Source: Lama glama | Taxonomy: Eukaryota | Assembly (NCBI GenBank): GCA_028534125.1 | Contig: CM052816.1 | Location: forward strand, 61,568,001 to 61,632,000 | Direction of reading: 5' to 3' | DNA length: 64,000 nucleotides | Shown here: positions 52,961-64,000 of the stretch, piece after piece | Layout of the letters: every line of letters begins with the position of its first letter | How positions within the stretch are numbered: position 1 is the first letter of the stretch | The notes under the pieces: generated by a model | Told to the model about the DNA's origin: nothing | The model's input: the letters and a program-made list of their open reading frames with translations, nothing else | Database searches by the model: none | Made by a program: the position numbers and the translations under genes

Positions 52961-55529
52961 ATTGTATCCATTGATGTTTTATAGATTACAAAGTACCTGT
53001 ATATATAACCTCATTAAATCTTCAAATCACTTTTATAAAAGGGAAGGGCAAGTTTTTTTTCAAGTATTTTAAAGCGAGAAACTGAAGTTCAGCAATAGGC
53101 CAGTACCATGGAGGGCACTCAGTAAGGCATGGGATTTCTGAGTAGCGCTCTAGTCCTCATATAACAGATGGAGCCTTTGGGAGGTGGGTGTTGCACAGTA
53201 ACCTTCTCTGAAAGAGATTGGTCACCTGGGACATTGTCTTACTTGTGGTCTAACCTTACCCTGCAGCAGAAACAGATAACTGAAAAAATTATGAAACTTA
53301 CAGACTTTGCCCCCAGGGTAAGGTGTGGGATAAGTGATGACAAGGTACAAAGGGGATCCATTAGCTAACAATGTTACAACTGTGCCCCAAGTTATAATTA
53401 GAAAACAAATATGTATCAACTGTGTTATTCTTGTAAATATACTTTAATATTAATTTATAAAATATATTTTCATATACATTATAAATGTATATATGTACAT
53501 GTATAATGGCAAAAGATAACAGGAGCAGTGCCATTATCTTTAGATTAGTATGAATTTTATAGTGTACATCTTGTTTTGAGGAAAAAAGACTAACTTTTAA
53601 GCACCTGATAGAGCTTGCTTATTTATTTTGTTTTTTAAAGAGACATTTAAAAAATCACAAAGTAAAAGTTTGTTTCTTAACACTTTTATAGGCTATGGGG
53701 AAAGGGTCCTCCTATGGATAGATGGCATTTTCATTAAATTTAGACTAACAAGGCATATAGAAATAGCTTTAATTTTGAAAACTTGCATAGAAGATTATGG
53801 TATCAGACATGACAGCTAGATTCAAGTTTGTTTAGACAATGTAGGTTTATCAAGCTTTTGTTTTCTTTTTCTTTAAAAGTAGATGTACAGTGAAACTACC
53901 CCCCCCCAAAAGCAGAAAGTATTTGAGGGAGAAAAGATGAAAGATTTGCTTCAAAACTGTGAGATGATTCACAACATGCACTGAACCTTGGAACTGCCCT
54001 TGTGAATTACTTCAAAGGGATGATAAGAAAGTACCTGATAATTAGGAAATCAGGAATTTTGTTTGCAACTTGTAAGAGAGAGTCTGGAAGCATGGCCTCT
54101 GTTAGCCTGTGTGGTATCTTTATGCAATTTTTAAAAAGACACCTGTCTGGGTGAACAAAAAGAAATATGTCCCTTCTTCACAGCCCCATGTCAAGTGCAT
54201 GACTTGCTAAGCATAGCAAGGTTTGGAGTCCAACCTCCACTTGTGTTCCCTCAACTAACAGGGTATATCTGGCTAAGAATATGTTGCTATCCTGGAGAGG
54301 AAGAACATTAAATTTGGGGAGTGTAGAAGGTTGGTCTAGTGTAACAGTGAAGAAGGAAAAGTCCATTGGGCATGGAAGTAAAAAAAGAAGAAGCAGAAGG
54401 TTGGAAAAAGAAAGAAAAGGAGTAGAAAAATAAAATGCCAGTTTTGCTCATTTTGCTGTTTCCCCCAAGCCCAGAGAAATCCTGGTATCTTCCCAGCCTG
54501 CCCATCTTTTCTAGGAGAAAGAGAGGAAAGGAAAAGGGGAAAAGAGTTTTCATTCTCCACCTGCTTCTCATTCTTTATTACCCATAAGACATAGTACAGT
54601 ATTTGGAGAATTTTCCTCATTTGCAAAACATTTTGAGATATGTTTCTCTTAACGATAAGGGCATATTTTGCAAATGAAAGAAAGAAGGCACAAAGCGATT
54701 CCAGCACTTTCCAAGGTCACCCTATTCTTTCAGACAAAACCAGGATTACAGCTCTGGTAATAGAAATGCCACTGCACAGTTTATCAGCGGAAACTGGGAT
54801 TTCTTTCTACAGCAGTTTTTATGCCCCAATAAATTATTCTTTTTTATTTTAGATTTATCCACCAATAACAAGCATTGAGTTTAGTCAAGAGGAGATTCTT
54901 TAAAGCTATCAGTATAATTGAAAGCATAAGGTAGCTTATAGAATGTGCTAACTTACACAAATCTCTGAAAAAAAAGTGGTGATAAAGGTGCCAATATTAA
55001 TTTTTTTTCTATCTTTGAAAATACTAAGATCAAAAGATGCTGAGACATGTAGTATTGCTCTCTGGATTTATGTGGGGCCCTGCTGGTTGCTTTTTAGAAG
55101 GAGAGGATGTTTGATTAGTTTAACACTAGGAGGCTGAAAACCTGTCAGGCTTTACATAAAAGTTTTGTTGCTTATGCCTACTGCTTTCTGTTAGGATTTC
55201 TGCATAGTGTCAGCATTTATTTTACTTAAGTAATTTAAAAAGCATTACTCCTTAAATTCTCCACTACTCTTAAACAAAACAGAAATATATTTCATGTAAT
55301 TTTTCCTTAAGAAATTCCTGTTTTCTTTGATCTCTCTCATTCTTTGGAACTAGAATATACAACTCCTACTGAATTTATTTCTAATCAACACAGATTCAGA
55401 GCATTCACTGAAGGAAATATTGAAATCAGAAGCATAAAGCCCTCACTGACATATTCTAGAAACAGGCATGGGATTGAGTCCCCAAGTCTACTATAATTTA
55501 CACTTTAGAAGACCTTCCATCCTCCATGC

Positions 55530-55865
55530 CACTCACTCCTGCCTCAGGGCTTTTGCATTTAATATTTCCTGGAACACTCTTTTCAAAGTTATGTACAGAA
55601 GTCACTCCCTCAGTTTCTTTTAACTCTTTGCCCAAGTACCACTTTATTGGAGAGAATTTCCCTTACCCTACCATTTAAGACAACTCTCCCGACCCCCACC
55701 ACCTTACTGTCAATTCCATACCTGCTCTATTTTTCTTCCTTCTCATTTTCAACTAGAGTGATCTCCGTGGAAGTAGGGACCTAATCTGTTTTGTTTATTG
55801 CATTACCTCCAGAGCCTAGATCATATGTGATATAATAAACATTTTATATTTATTTGCTGAATGTA
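55530..55865 (+). mobile_element. L2 3' fragment
   Basis: cctgcctcagggcttttgcat...tcctggaacactctt...gtagggacctaatctgttttgtttattgc...ctccagagcctaga...tatttgctgaatg. Confidence 0.65.
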
Positions 55866-56037
55866 AGAAAGACATTTAAAGCCAGTTCTTGGTGCCTGGT
55901 TTTAAGGGGACTAATGTCAAGTTATTATGTTCCCATAGGAAAGCCATCAATGCCTACTGCCTTTCAGTTAGAGATTAGATTTGTTTGGTGTGGGTCCAGA
56001 AGGGGCAAGACCACTGGGTTATGATTTGCGCTGAAAG

Positions 56038-56683
56038 TGACTAAGTTCTGGTGACTAAGTTCTTTTCTTGTCGCAGAAAGAATTCAGAGATGGGACATGG
56101 AGGTTAAGAAAGTAAAGTGGGGATTTATTATTTATTAAGGGATGGATCGTATATTCTCGAGGGGAGAGTGGGCAGGCTCAGGTGAGCAGCTGCCCTGAGT
56201 CTCTTTGGCAAGTTGGTTACCTACAGTGTGAAAATGAATGGGCCGAATATTCAATGGGAAGGGAAAGATATGAGATTATATTCCCTGATTTCCACCCCAA
56301 CTCCATCTTTCCAGAGGGAGGAGGGATTTTTGTCCTTATTTAGTCTGAATCAGAAGTGTCATGGCATCAGTGCATGATGGGTACTTCTAATCTACAAGGC
56401 TGATTTTATTGTAATAAGGGCATAATGAGCAAAAGGTTACGTTTGGAAATTGCCTTTTCCCACCTTTCTTTGTTGGCTTCCAGGCCACTTATCAGTCCAA
56501 AACGTATGACCACTTATCATCCCAGAGGTTCCTGCTTTTCTCTCTCTGCTGAGGGACTCCTGTTGTTTATATAGTATATGGTTTCCTGGATTTGGCCTGT
56601 GCCCCTCCTTTTTGCCCAATTCCTGCCATTTGGCTTGTGTCCCCCTTTCTCTGCTCACATCTAGCTATCTGCCTGCTCTAACA
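56038..56683 (-). mobile_element. Intact solo ERV1-class LTR (646 bp) with 4-bp TSD
   Basis: TG...CA termini; the - strand begins tgttagagcaggcagatagctagatgtgagcag. AAAG flanks both sides (56034-56037 and 56684-56687). Minus-strand AATAAA appears as tttatt near 56125-56137. Confidence 0.85.
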
Positions 56684-56930
56684 AAAGTGAGAAAGAACCT
56701 GATAATAATTTCAGCTGTCTGAAAAGTGACCTGTCTTTCTATAGATGTTTATACAGATTGTGTGACCACTTTAGAGAGAATTAAAGAAAAAATATAAGCA
56801 TCTTGTGCAAATTATATTCTGACATCAGTTCTTAGAAGTATATGATTCTGTACTGACTCAAAAATTAGCAATCGAGCTTGATTCTTCTACAAAATGCTGC
56901 CAGACAGTTGTATCTGTAACACCCTAAAAT

Positions 56931-57151
56931 CAAGGGGTGGCAAATCGCACCTCCTGGGTCAAATTTGGCCCATCGTCTCTCTTTGTAAATACGACTTTAG
57001 TGGAACACAGCCCTGAATGTTCATTTGCATATTGTCTGTGGCTTCTTTCACACTATAACGGACAGTTGAGTAGTTGTAACAGAGACTGTATGGTATCCAG
57101 TCTGAAATATTTACTATGAGGCCCTTTACAGAATAAGTTTGCCAACCTCTG
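56931..57151. mobile_element. MER58A-like hAT-Charlie MITE, full length
   Basis: TIRs caaggggtggcaaa and tttgccaacctctg; interior tttgtaaata...ggaacacagcc...agttgagtagttgtaacagagac...aaatatttacta. Confidence 0.85.
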
Positions 57152-57284
57152 CTCTTAACCAGTAAATTGTAAAACATAACAAGGAAATGTATCTCTATTC
57201 TCTAGTCTCCCAAGTACTACCACTATTACTTGTACTACCATTTTGTCGATCCTCCTCCTTCTTCTCCATCATCATCATCAACTG

Positions 57285-57765
57285 TTGTTACCTGAAAAGA
57301 TCCAACCATGATAATATAAGCCATTCTGAACATTTAAATAGAGGGGATTTAAAGCAAAGAATTGATTACATGGATAATGGAAGAGGCTGACAAGTCCGTA
57401 GATTGGCATCAGCAGAGAGATGCCACCACTCCTATGAGAAAAATGTAGGAAGGGAGTACTTTTATTTAAGCCTAGAGAATCTGGAAGCATAGGATTGAAA
57501 GTGGGTAGAAGTGGCTGTTGTCTGAAGTTGGAGCCACAAAAATATTCTGCTTCTACCTAAGATGCTGCCTGCGATAGAGAGGAAATGAGAGAAATACCCT
57601 GGCTTCTCCCACTAGTGCCTTTTATTGCCTGAACTCAACCTGAAGTCAACTGACGTAGAAACCTAGGAAATGGTCCCAGCAGTGTTGTTTCCCTGAAGTA
57701 AAAAGCAGAACAAGAGAGGGGTGAGGATTTAGTCTAAGGGTGTCTAGACCAAAGACCACACAGCT
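57285..57765 (-). mobile_element. Old ERVL/MaLR-type LTR (LTR33-like)
   Basis: agaggggatttaaagcaaagaattgattaca...agtgccttttattgcctgaactcaacctgaagtcaactgac. Subfamily uncertain. Confidence 0.5.
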
Positions 57766-58335
57766 GCTAATAGTTATTAAGTGCTGCCATGTACCAGGTA
57801 CAGAGCTAAACAGTTTATACAAATCCTCACCTACAGGGTAAAACTAGTGTTATCCCTAGTTCATAGATGAAACTTGGAAAATTAAGTACATTGCTCAAGG
57901 CTGTGAATTAAATAAATAACTAAATTAGAATTGAATCAAGGTGTGTCTTACTCCAAAATTCTTACTTTTAGCCCCTCTTATTTTGTAAATCAGAAAATAG
58001 TAGCTTGGAGCAGATAAGAAACTTGCAGCTGGTAATGGCAGGGCTAGGTCTAGAATGCAATTTGCTCTTACTAGGTTTTTGTACATTTTAACAAAGCTAA
58101 AAACCTATGCTGTTATTGTAGCATTTAAAGAGTCCAGAGGCGGCTCCCCCTCAGATGAAAGAAGTGTCTTGACCCTGAAACTACTACTAAGCAGCCTTTC
58201 TGTATCCAGTTTACTCAGCTGTAAAATGGGATTATTAATTATAATTACCTCTTAAGAGTGTTGAGAGTTAATAGATCTAGAGCCCTCTGAACAGTGTGCT
58301 GTGGAATAGGTACTTACTAAATGCTTAGAAAATGG
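57765..58335. mobile_element. Two MIR fragments in opposite orientations
   Basis: 57765-57970 is reverse (ttattaagtgctgccatgtaccagg...catagatgaaact...ttgctcaagg). 58150-58335 is forward (cagtttactcagctgtaaaatgggatta). Confidence 0.6.
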
Positions 58336-60636
58336 TAAGTAGGTTTTGTTATTGTTAATATTTTTACTATGCTAACCCTGGGAGTGGTTATCACAGGAAA
58401 AGAATAGATCAGAAATTTTATGAAGTGTTATCTAAGTATTCCATTAAACAGTATAATATCTTCCTGTTGGACCTTTTACATCCCTTGTATTTTGAAGACA
58501 GTCAAGAATAGGACTTTTGTTTGTTTTTAAGTGAGTGGTTCTCAAGATGCCTTAGTTTATTAATTCAGGGCTTTTTTTATTTACCAGTTATTATCTTATC
58601 TATGAAATGTTATCTCTTATACTTCCATACAGTTTCTTTCTTTTAGCCAGGATGGCCTTTATCCAGCTACCCCCAAAATATGACCTTTTCCTTCCTGTCT
58701 CCATGGCTTTACTTGGCTTCATTCTTAATAGTTTTTCCCCTTTAAAGTCATTTTTATTTCTTAATCAGCTCAATTCCTATAATGCTTTATAATAGTGTAA
58801 AGAATATTATGATACTTTTATTATAATTCTTATAATACTCTCAAGATTTTTTTCTCAACAAATACTTCCTTAACTAATCACATGACACATTGATCATTTA
58901 CCTATATACAGCACCTAGAGACAACCTGTAACATGCTGTCATAAACTTTATTGCCTGAAATAGAGCTATAATTTTTCTATTTTTATCTTGTTTCGCCAAA
59001 TAGATCAAAAGCCATGCTTGGGTGAACTTTTAGGTGGTTGGTGCTTTACAAATACGTAGGTATTATGAGAAAACTTGTAGCTAGAGTTCAGATTACTTGC
59101 ATTTTTTTAAAATTGATAATATTTGCTTAAAAACTAGTCTTGCTACATGGCAAAGCCACTGACCACCTTGGTCCTTGTGTGAGATTCCCTGAAAATGACT
59201 TGTAAAGGAAAGCATATACTTCCATCGAGATGTACTATGTAGCCTACAATAAATAGTTGTTTTCATTTTTTTAAAGGCAAGAAAGAAGGATAATTTGGCA
59301 AGAAGAATCTTTAGGTTTAGCATTGCAATGTCATATTTTAATGTGCAGAAAATATTTTAAAATGCAGGGTTCATAACAAAATGCTGACCTGCTGCCACTA
59401 TTTTAAGAATCTGAGACTTGGGACTTGATATGATAGAAATTTGAACCGTAGTATAAAAGAAGTAGTGATGACTATACAGATATTTGCACATTGTGGTCTA
59501 TTATTTTGCACATGCTTCAAGGGACCGTTTGCAATGTACTGACCTCAGGAAACTGTACAAAGTAAATGTAGAGATCCAAGGGAGGGCAGTAAAATGTCTT
59601 CAGAATGATCTCTGACAATGTCTGTAACATACTTGTCATTTATTCACAATTGAGTATTTTATCTAAAGACTTGTTCCATTCTGTCATATTTAAGAGGACT
59701 GTTTCCCCATGAGTGTTTCAAAAGCACTAAAAGATAAGTCAAATTAGGTCATATTGCTCAAACACTATGAGAAGTTACACTTTTAATTCTTTGTAAACTT
59801 AAAGATTGAATTTTGGATGACCCTGTGGTATTTGGAATCTAGGCCTAACTAGATTGGCAGAATTTTCTTCTTTAAAAAATTTAGGTAGGAGAAGCATTCC
59901 AAACTTTTAAAAACAAATAATCCTCTCTTCACCCTCTCCACATCCTTCTCTCCTCTGCCACTCGATTCACGTACATATTTTGAAATTTTGGTATTTTATT
60001 TCCTGTGATGTCAAGATTAAATGTAAATCTTAGTAAGTCCAAATTTCTTGAATTTTAAGGTGTTTAGACTTGAGGCCTAGCATTTTGCCCAGTTCATTCC
60101 ACATCTTAAAATATGTTTTTTGTCAGGGCTAGACAGTAAACAGCTATGGTAGTTTGGATCCAAACCACAATTAACAGTGCTGAATGTCATGTAACAAACC
60201 TGCCTCTTGATTTCTTAAAATAAAGAATTGGGAGTAGCTGTGGCAACTGGACCTCAAATACTGTTACCGAAAAGGATTTTGTGTTTTGGTTTCTTCACTA
60301 AGTTTTTATGTATGTTTATAAGGAGATACCTGATGGATTGATTGCAAAGTGGACTATGACATGCATCTGAGTGTAAATTTATATGGAAACTGTCTAACAT
60401 TTAACTTTGTTTAAATTACTTCAGTTATTTCTTCTGTGGCTAAGATTACAACTCAGACACGTCAGTCTGAATACTGGTTATAAAACAGTAAAGCAAATGC
60501 CAGAAAGATAGCCAGAGAGTAAGGAAGGGAGTGAGCTAATGTGATGGAGTTCAGGCACTTTTAACTTTAGGGACATTGTTCCTTGGTTTTGGTATTTTTC
60601 AACAATCACACCATTTATGATTTTATTTTATTTTAG

Positions 60637-60747
<111 letters not shown>

Positions 60748-62195
60748 TAATCTGGCAGAGCATTCATCATACTTGAGAGCTTTGCAAATATAAAAGAATA
60801 TGTAAATACATACAAACACACACATACATTCATATATATACTTGTAAAAATTAGTGTTTGCAAATCAAAGTAGGAAAGGACTTATAGTACTATAAAGGTC
60901 TCATGTTTTAGTTTCCCTATAATTAGTGCAAGTGATCAGAAATCATTTATTAAAACCTAACTCTATTTTACAAGGAATATATGTCTTAGAAAAGATACAA
61001 ATTCAAATAATATTTCTGAGTTCTTGAGACTTCCTTGGGGTCATATGGACATTATACTATAATAATAATTTATAATCATTGACTATTTGGAATTATCATC
61101 CAAAAAAACAAAATATAACGATGTAAATCAATTCAAAAGAGGCCAGGAAAATCTGTTATTTCTTGGTCAAAGGCCAAGAATCTTTCCATAGATGATTATT
61201 GTTTTTTTAGGGAAACATTTTTTGCTCTTTAATTTGGCCAAGTATCAAACACTAACTGCTCAGGAAGCACAAGTAGTTTTCTTATGCTCCCAAAATACAA
61301 ACTAAATCTTGTTAAAATTTTCTCTTGCAAAAATAGAATGTACTGTTTAAAAACTTGCTGTTTGGTTTTCCAACACAGCCAATAATGAAACAATTTTTCA
61401 GTAATAACTGTATACCCACCACTAAGATTCTATCATTAATATTTTAACATACTTTCTTCATTACATGTTTGCCCATCTCTCTATCCATTCATTAATTCAT
61501 TCTGTTTTTTACGTGTATAAACTGTAGTCATCAGTATACTTTCCTCTAAATACTTCAGTGTGTATAACATTAACCACAGTTTGATATTTATTTACCTTTT
61601 TGTTTTGAGGGAAGTTTATGTACAATGAAATGCACAAATCTTAACTGTACTTTCCCTGACTTTTGATAAATACATCCACCTATAAAACCTTATTGAAATA
61701 CAGATCATTATTATCATTACCTCCAAAATTCTCATAGTCCTCATAGTTCTTCCCAGTCAGTGGCTGCCTCTACCTACTTCTTCCAAGAGGCAATCAGTTC
61801 TGATTTTTCTTTCTTGACATGTGTTCCAGAATTTCATATAAATGAAATTATGCCATATTTACTCTTTTGTGCAAAATTTCTTTAAGCGTAATGTTTTTGA
61901 GATCCTTCCAGGTCATTGCACATGTAATTAGTTCATTCCTTTTTATTGCTGAGCAGTATTCCATTGTACTAATCAGTTTGTTTTTCCATTCTGCTTTTGA
62001 TGGAAACCTGGGTTGTTCCTAGTTTTCATCTGTTATGAATAAGCTGCTTTGAACATTTGTGTGTAAATCTTTTTGTGGGCATATGTTTTCATTTCTCTTG
62101 GGTAAATACTTAGGAGTGGAATTGCTGGGCAATAGGGTAGCTGTGAGTTTAGTTTTAAAAGAATCTGCCAGATGTTTTTCCAAAGTGATTTTACC

Positions 62196-62352
62196 GGAAA
62201 TATACACAAAATGTTATGATAACTCACAGAGAAAAAAAATTGTGACAATGAGTGTGTATATGTCCATGAATGACTGAAAAATTGTGCTGAACACTGGAAT
62301 TTGACACAACATTGTAAAATGATTATAAATCAATAAAAAATGTTAAAAAAAA
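62196..62352 (+). mobile_element. Young L1 3'-terminal fragment (157 bp) with perfect 14-bp TSD
   Basis: ...gaatgactgaaaaattgtgctgaacactggaatttgacacaacattgtaaaatgattataaatcaataaaaaatgtt plus poly(A). TSD aaagtgattttacc at 62182-62195 and 62353-62366. Confidence 0.9.
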
Positions 62353-62788
62353 AAAGTGATTTTACCAGTCACACTCCCACCAACAATGTACGAGAATTCT
62401 GCTTGCTCCACATCCTTGCCAACATTCAATGTTTTCAGTCTACTGGTGGGTGTATAACGTTGTCTCAGTGCAGTCTCAATTTGCATTTTCTGATATTGAT
62501 TATGTTGAGCACATTTTCATGTGCATATTGAGCATTTATATATCTTTTCATGTAAAGTGTTTGTTCAAATCCTTTGCCTATTTTTAAATTGGCTAATTAT
62601 CTTTTGATTCTCAATTCGTTCATTTATCAGTTTTCACAAATATTTTCTCATAATCTGTGGCTTTCTTATAACTTTTTTAGTGGTGTTTGGATGAGTATAA
62701 ACTTTCAATTTTGATGAATTCTAATTTTTCAATTTTTTAATATTTTGTGATCATTGTGTTCTGTCTCCTCTCTTAAAAATCTTTTGCC

Positions 62789-62815
62789 GATTATAAATCA
62801 ATAAAAAATGTTTAA
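62789..62815 (+). mobile_element. Minimal 27-bp L1 3'-end insertion with perfect 14-bp TSD
   Basis: gattataaatcaataaaaaatgtttaa flanked by aaaaatcttttgcc at 62775-62788 and 62816-62829. The left site reads tt|aaaaa. Confidence 0.85.
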
Positions 62816-64000
62816 AAAAATCTTTTGCCTACCTTAATTCAAGAAGGTATTTTATGTTTTCTTCTAAAAGCCTTATGGTTTTGGTCTTTATATTTAGATC
62901 TACAATCTAAAACTAATTTGAGGGTATGGTATATATTTGTAGTGTATTTGTGGACTCTATTTTTTTCATTGATCTATTTATCAATCCTATGCTAATTTTT
63001 AGGTTGATTTTAACTATATAGTTTTGGACATAGGTAATGTAAGCTCCCCCTACACTTTTGATCTCTTTTTTTTTGAGATTTATTTGAATATTCTAAGTGT
63101 TTTGCATTTACACATAAATTTTAGAATCAAGTGTTAATTTTTATGGAAAAACATCCTGGGCTTATGACTGCTGTCATGTTGAATCTATACTTCAATTCAG
63201 AAAGAACTAATATACTAATAATATTGAATTTTCCAATTTATGAACATGGTATATCTCTCCATATTTTTCTTAATTTCTCTCAGCTGTGCTTTGTAGTTTT
63301 AGATGAAGCTCTTGAAAAAATTTTTTAAACACTTTTATTGTGGTATTGAAAATCTTTTGTTCCATCTATTTCTAGCAATTTATGGCTTTGACACTATTAT
63401 AATACACGTTTAAAATTCTTCATTTTCAATTATTTGCTCTAATATATAAAAATAAAATTGATTTTTGCATATTAACTTTGTATTCTATAACCTTTCTAAA
63501 TTCCCTATGAGTTCTAATAGTTGTTTTGTAGATCGTTAAGAATTTTCTTGCTAAATAGTCATGTTATCTGGAAACAGATTATTTATTTCAATCTTTATGC
63601 CTTTTATTTTATTATCTTGCCTTAATTCCCTGCCTTGGCCTTTCAGTACAGTTTGTGCATGTGTTGACTGTATGTGTTTTTCTTCTTTATTCTATTACTA
63701 TAGTGACATAGTTGATAGTTTTATAATGTGAAACCAACATTTTATACCTGGGATAAACCCCATGTGGTGATGATTTATTATCTTTTTATGTGTTATTGGA
63801 TTTAGTTGCTAATATTTGATTAAGGATGTTTGCATCAATCTTCATAAGGAATACTGATTTGTAAATTTTTTTCTTGTTATATTTTTGACAAATTGTGGAA
63901 TCAGGGTTATTCTGGTTTCCAGAAATAGAATTTTTATTTATTTTGAAAGAGTTTGTAGGACTGATACTATTTCTTCCTTGGGATATATTTTAATAGTAAA

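Larger units (their letters stand above)
61380..64000 (-). mobile_element. Old L1 (L1MB/MC/MD-like) 3' UTR and ORF2, continuing beyond the window
   Basis: gttcattcctttttattgctgagcagtattccattg; ttgggtaaatacttaggagtggaattgctggg; tgaacatggtatatctctccatatt; cctgggataaaccccatgtggt. Confidence 0.85.

Overview
This is AT-rich, CpG-depleted mammalian genomic DNA, most likely from a camelid, because it carries a tRNA-Ala-derived vic-1-type SINE. The whole window lies inside one + strand gene, ADAMTS6. Six canonical AG/GT exons (7107-7253, 15359-15500, 31083-31190, 41764-41909, 43985-44048, 60637-60739) splice in one frame. They encode the end of the metalloprotease domain, the disintegrin-like domain, the central TSP1 repeat and the start of the Cys-rich domain. 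The introns are mostly ancient repeats (L1M, L2, L3/CR1, MIR, MER3, MER58A, MaLR/ERVL LTRs) plus younger, TSD-flanked L1, SINE and ERV1 insertions. The supplied ORFs are spurious or L1 remnants. I see no prokaryotic-type system such as CRISPR or an operon. The best leads are: (i) a CpG-rich, hairpin-forming candidate poison or alternative terminal exon at 9987-10122 that would truncate ADAMTS6 right after the catalytic domain; (ii) a TSD-flanked L1-associated insertion carrying a perfect 10-nt microexon-like cassette; (iii) a TSD-bounded sense/antisense/non-L1 chimeric L1 insertion; (iv) a 27-bp minimal L1 insertion next to a sibling copy; and (v) a perfect 19-bp inverted repeat. Repeat subfamily names are from pattern recognition only, and old-repeat boundaries are approximate.
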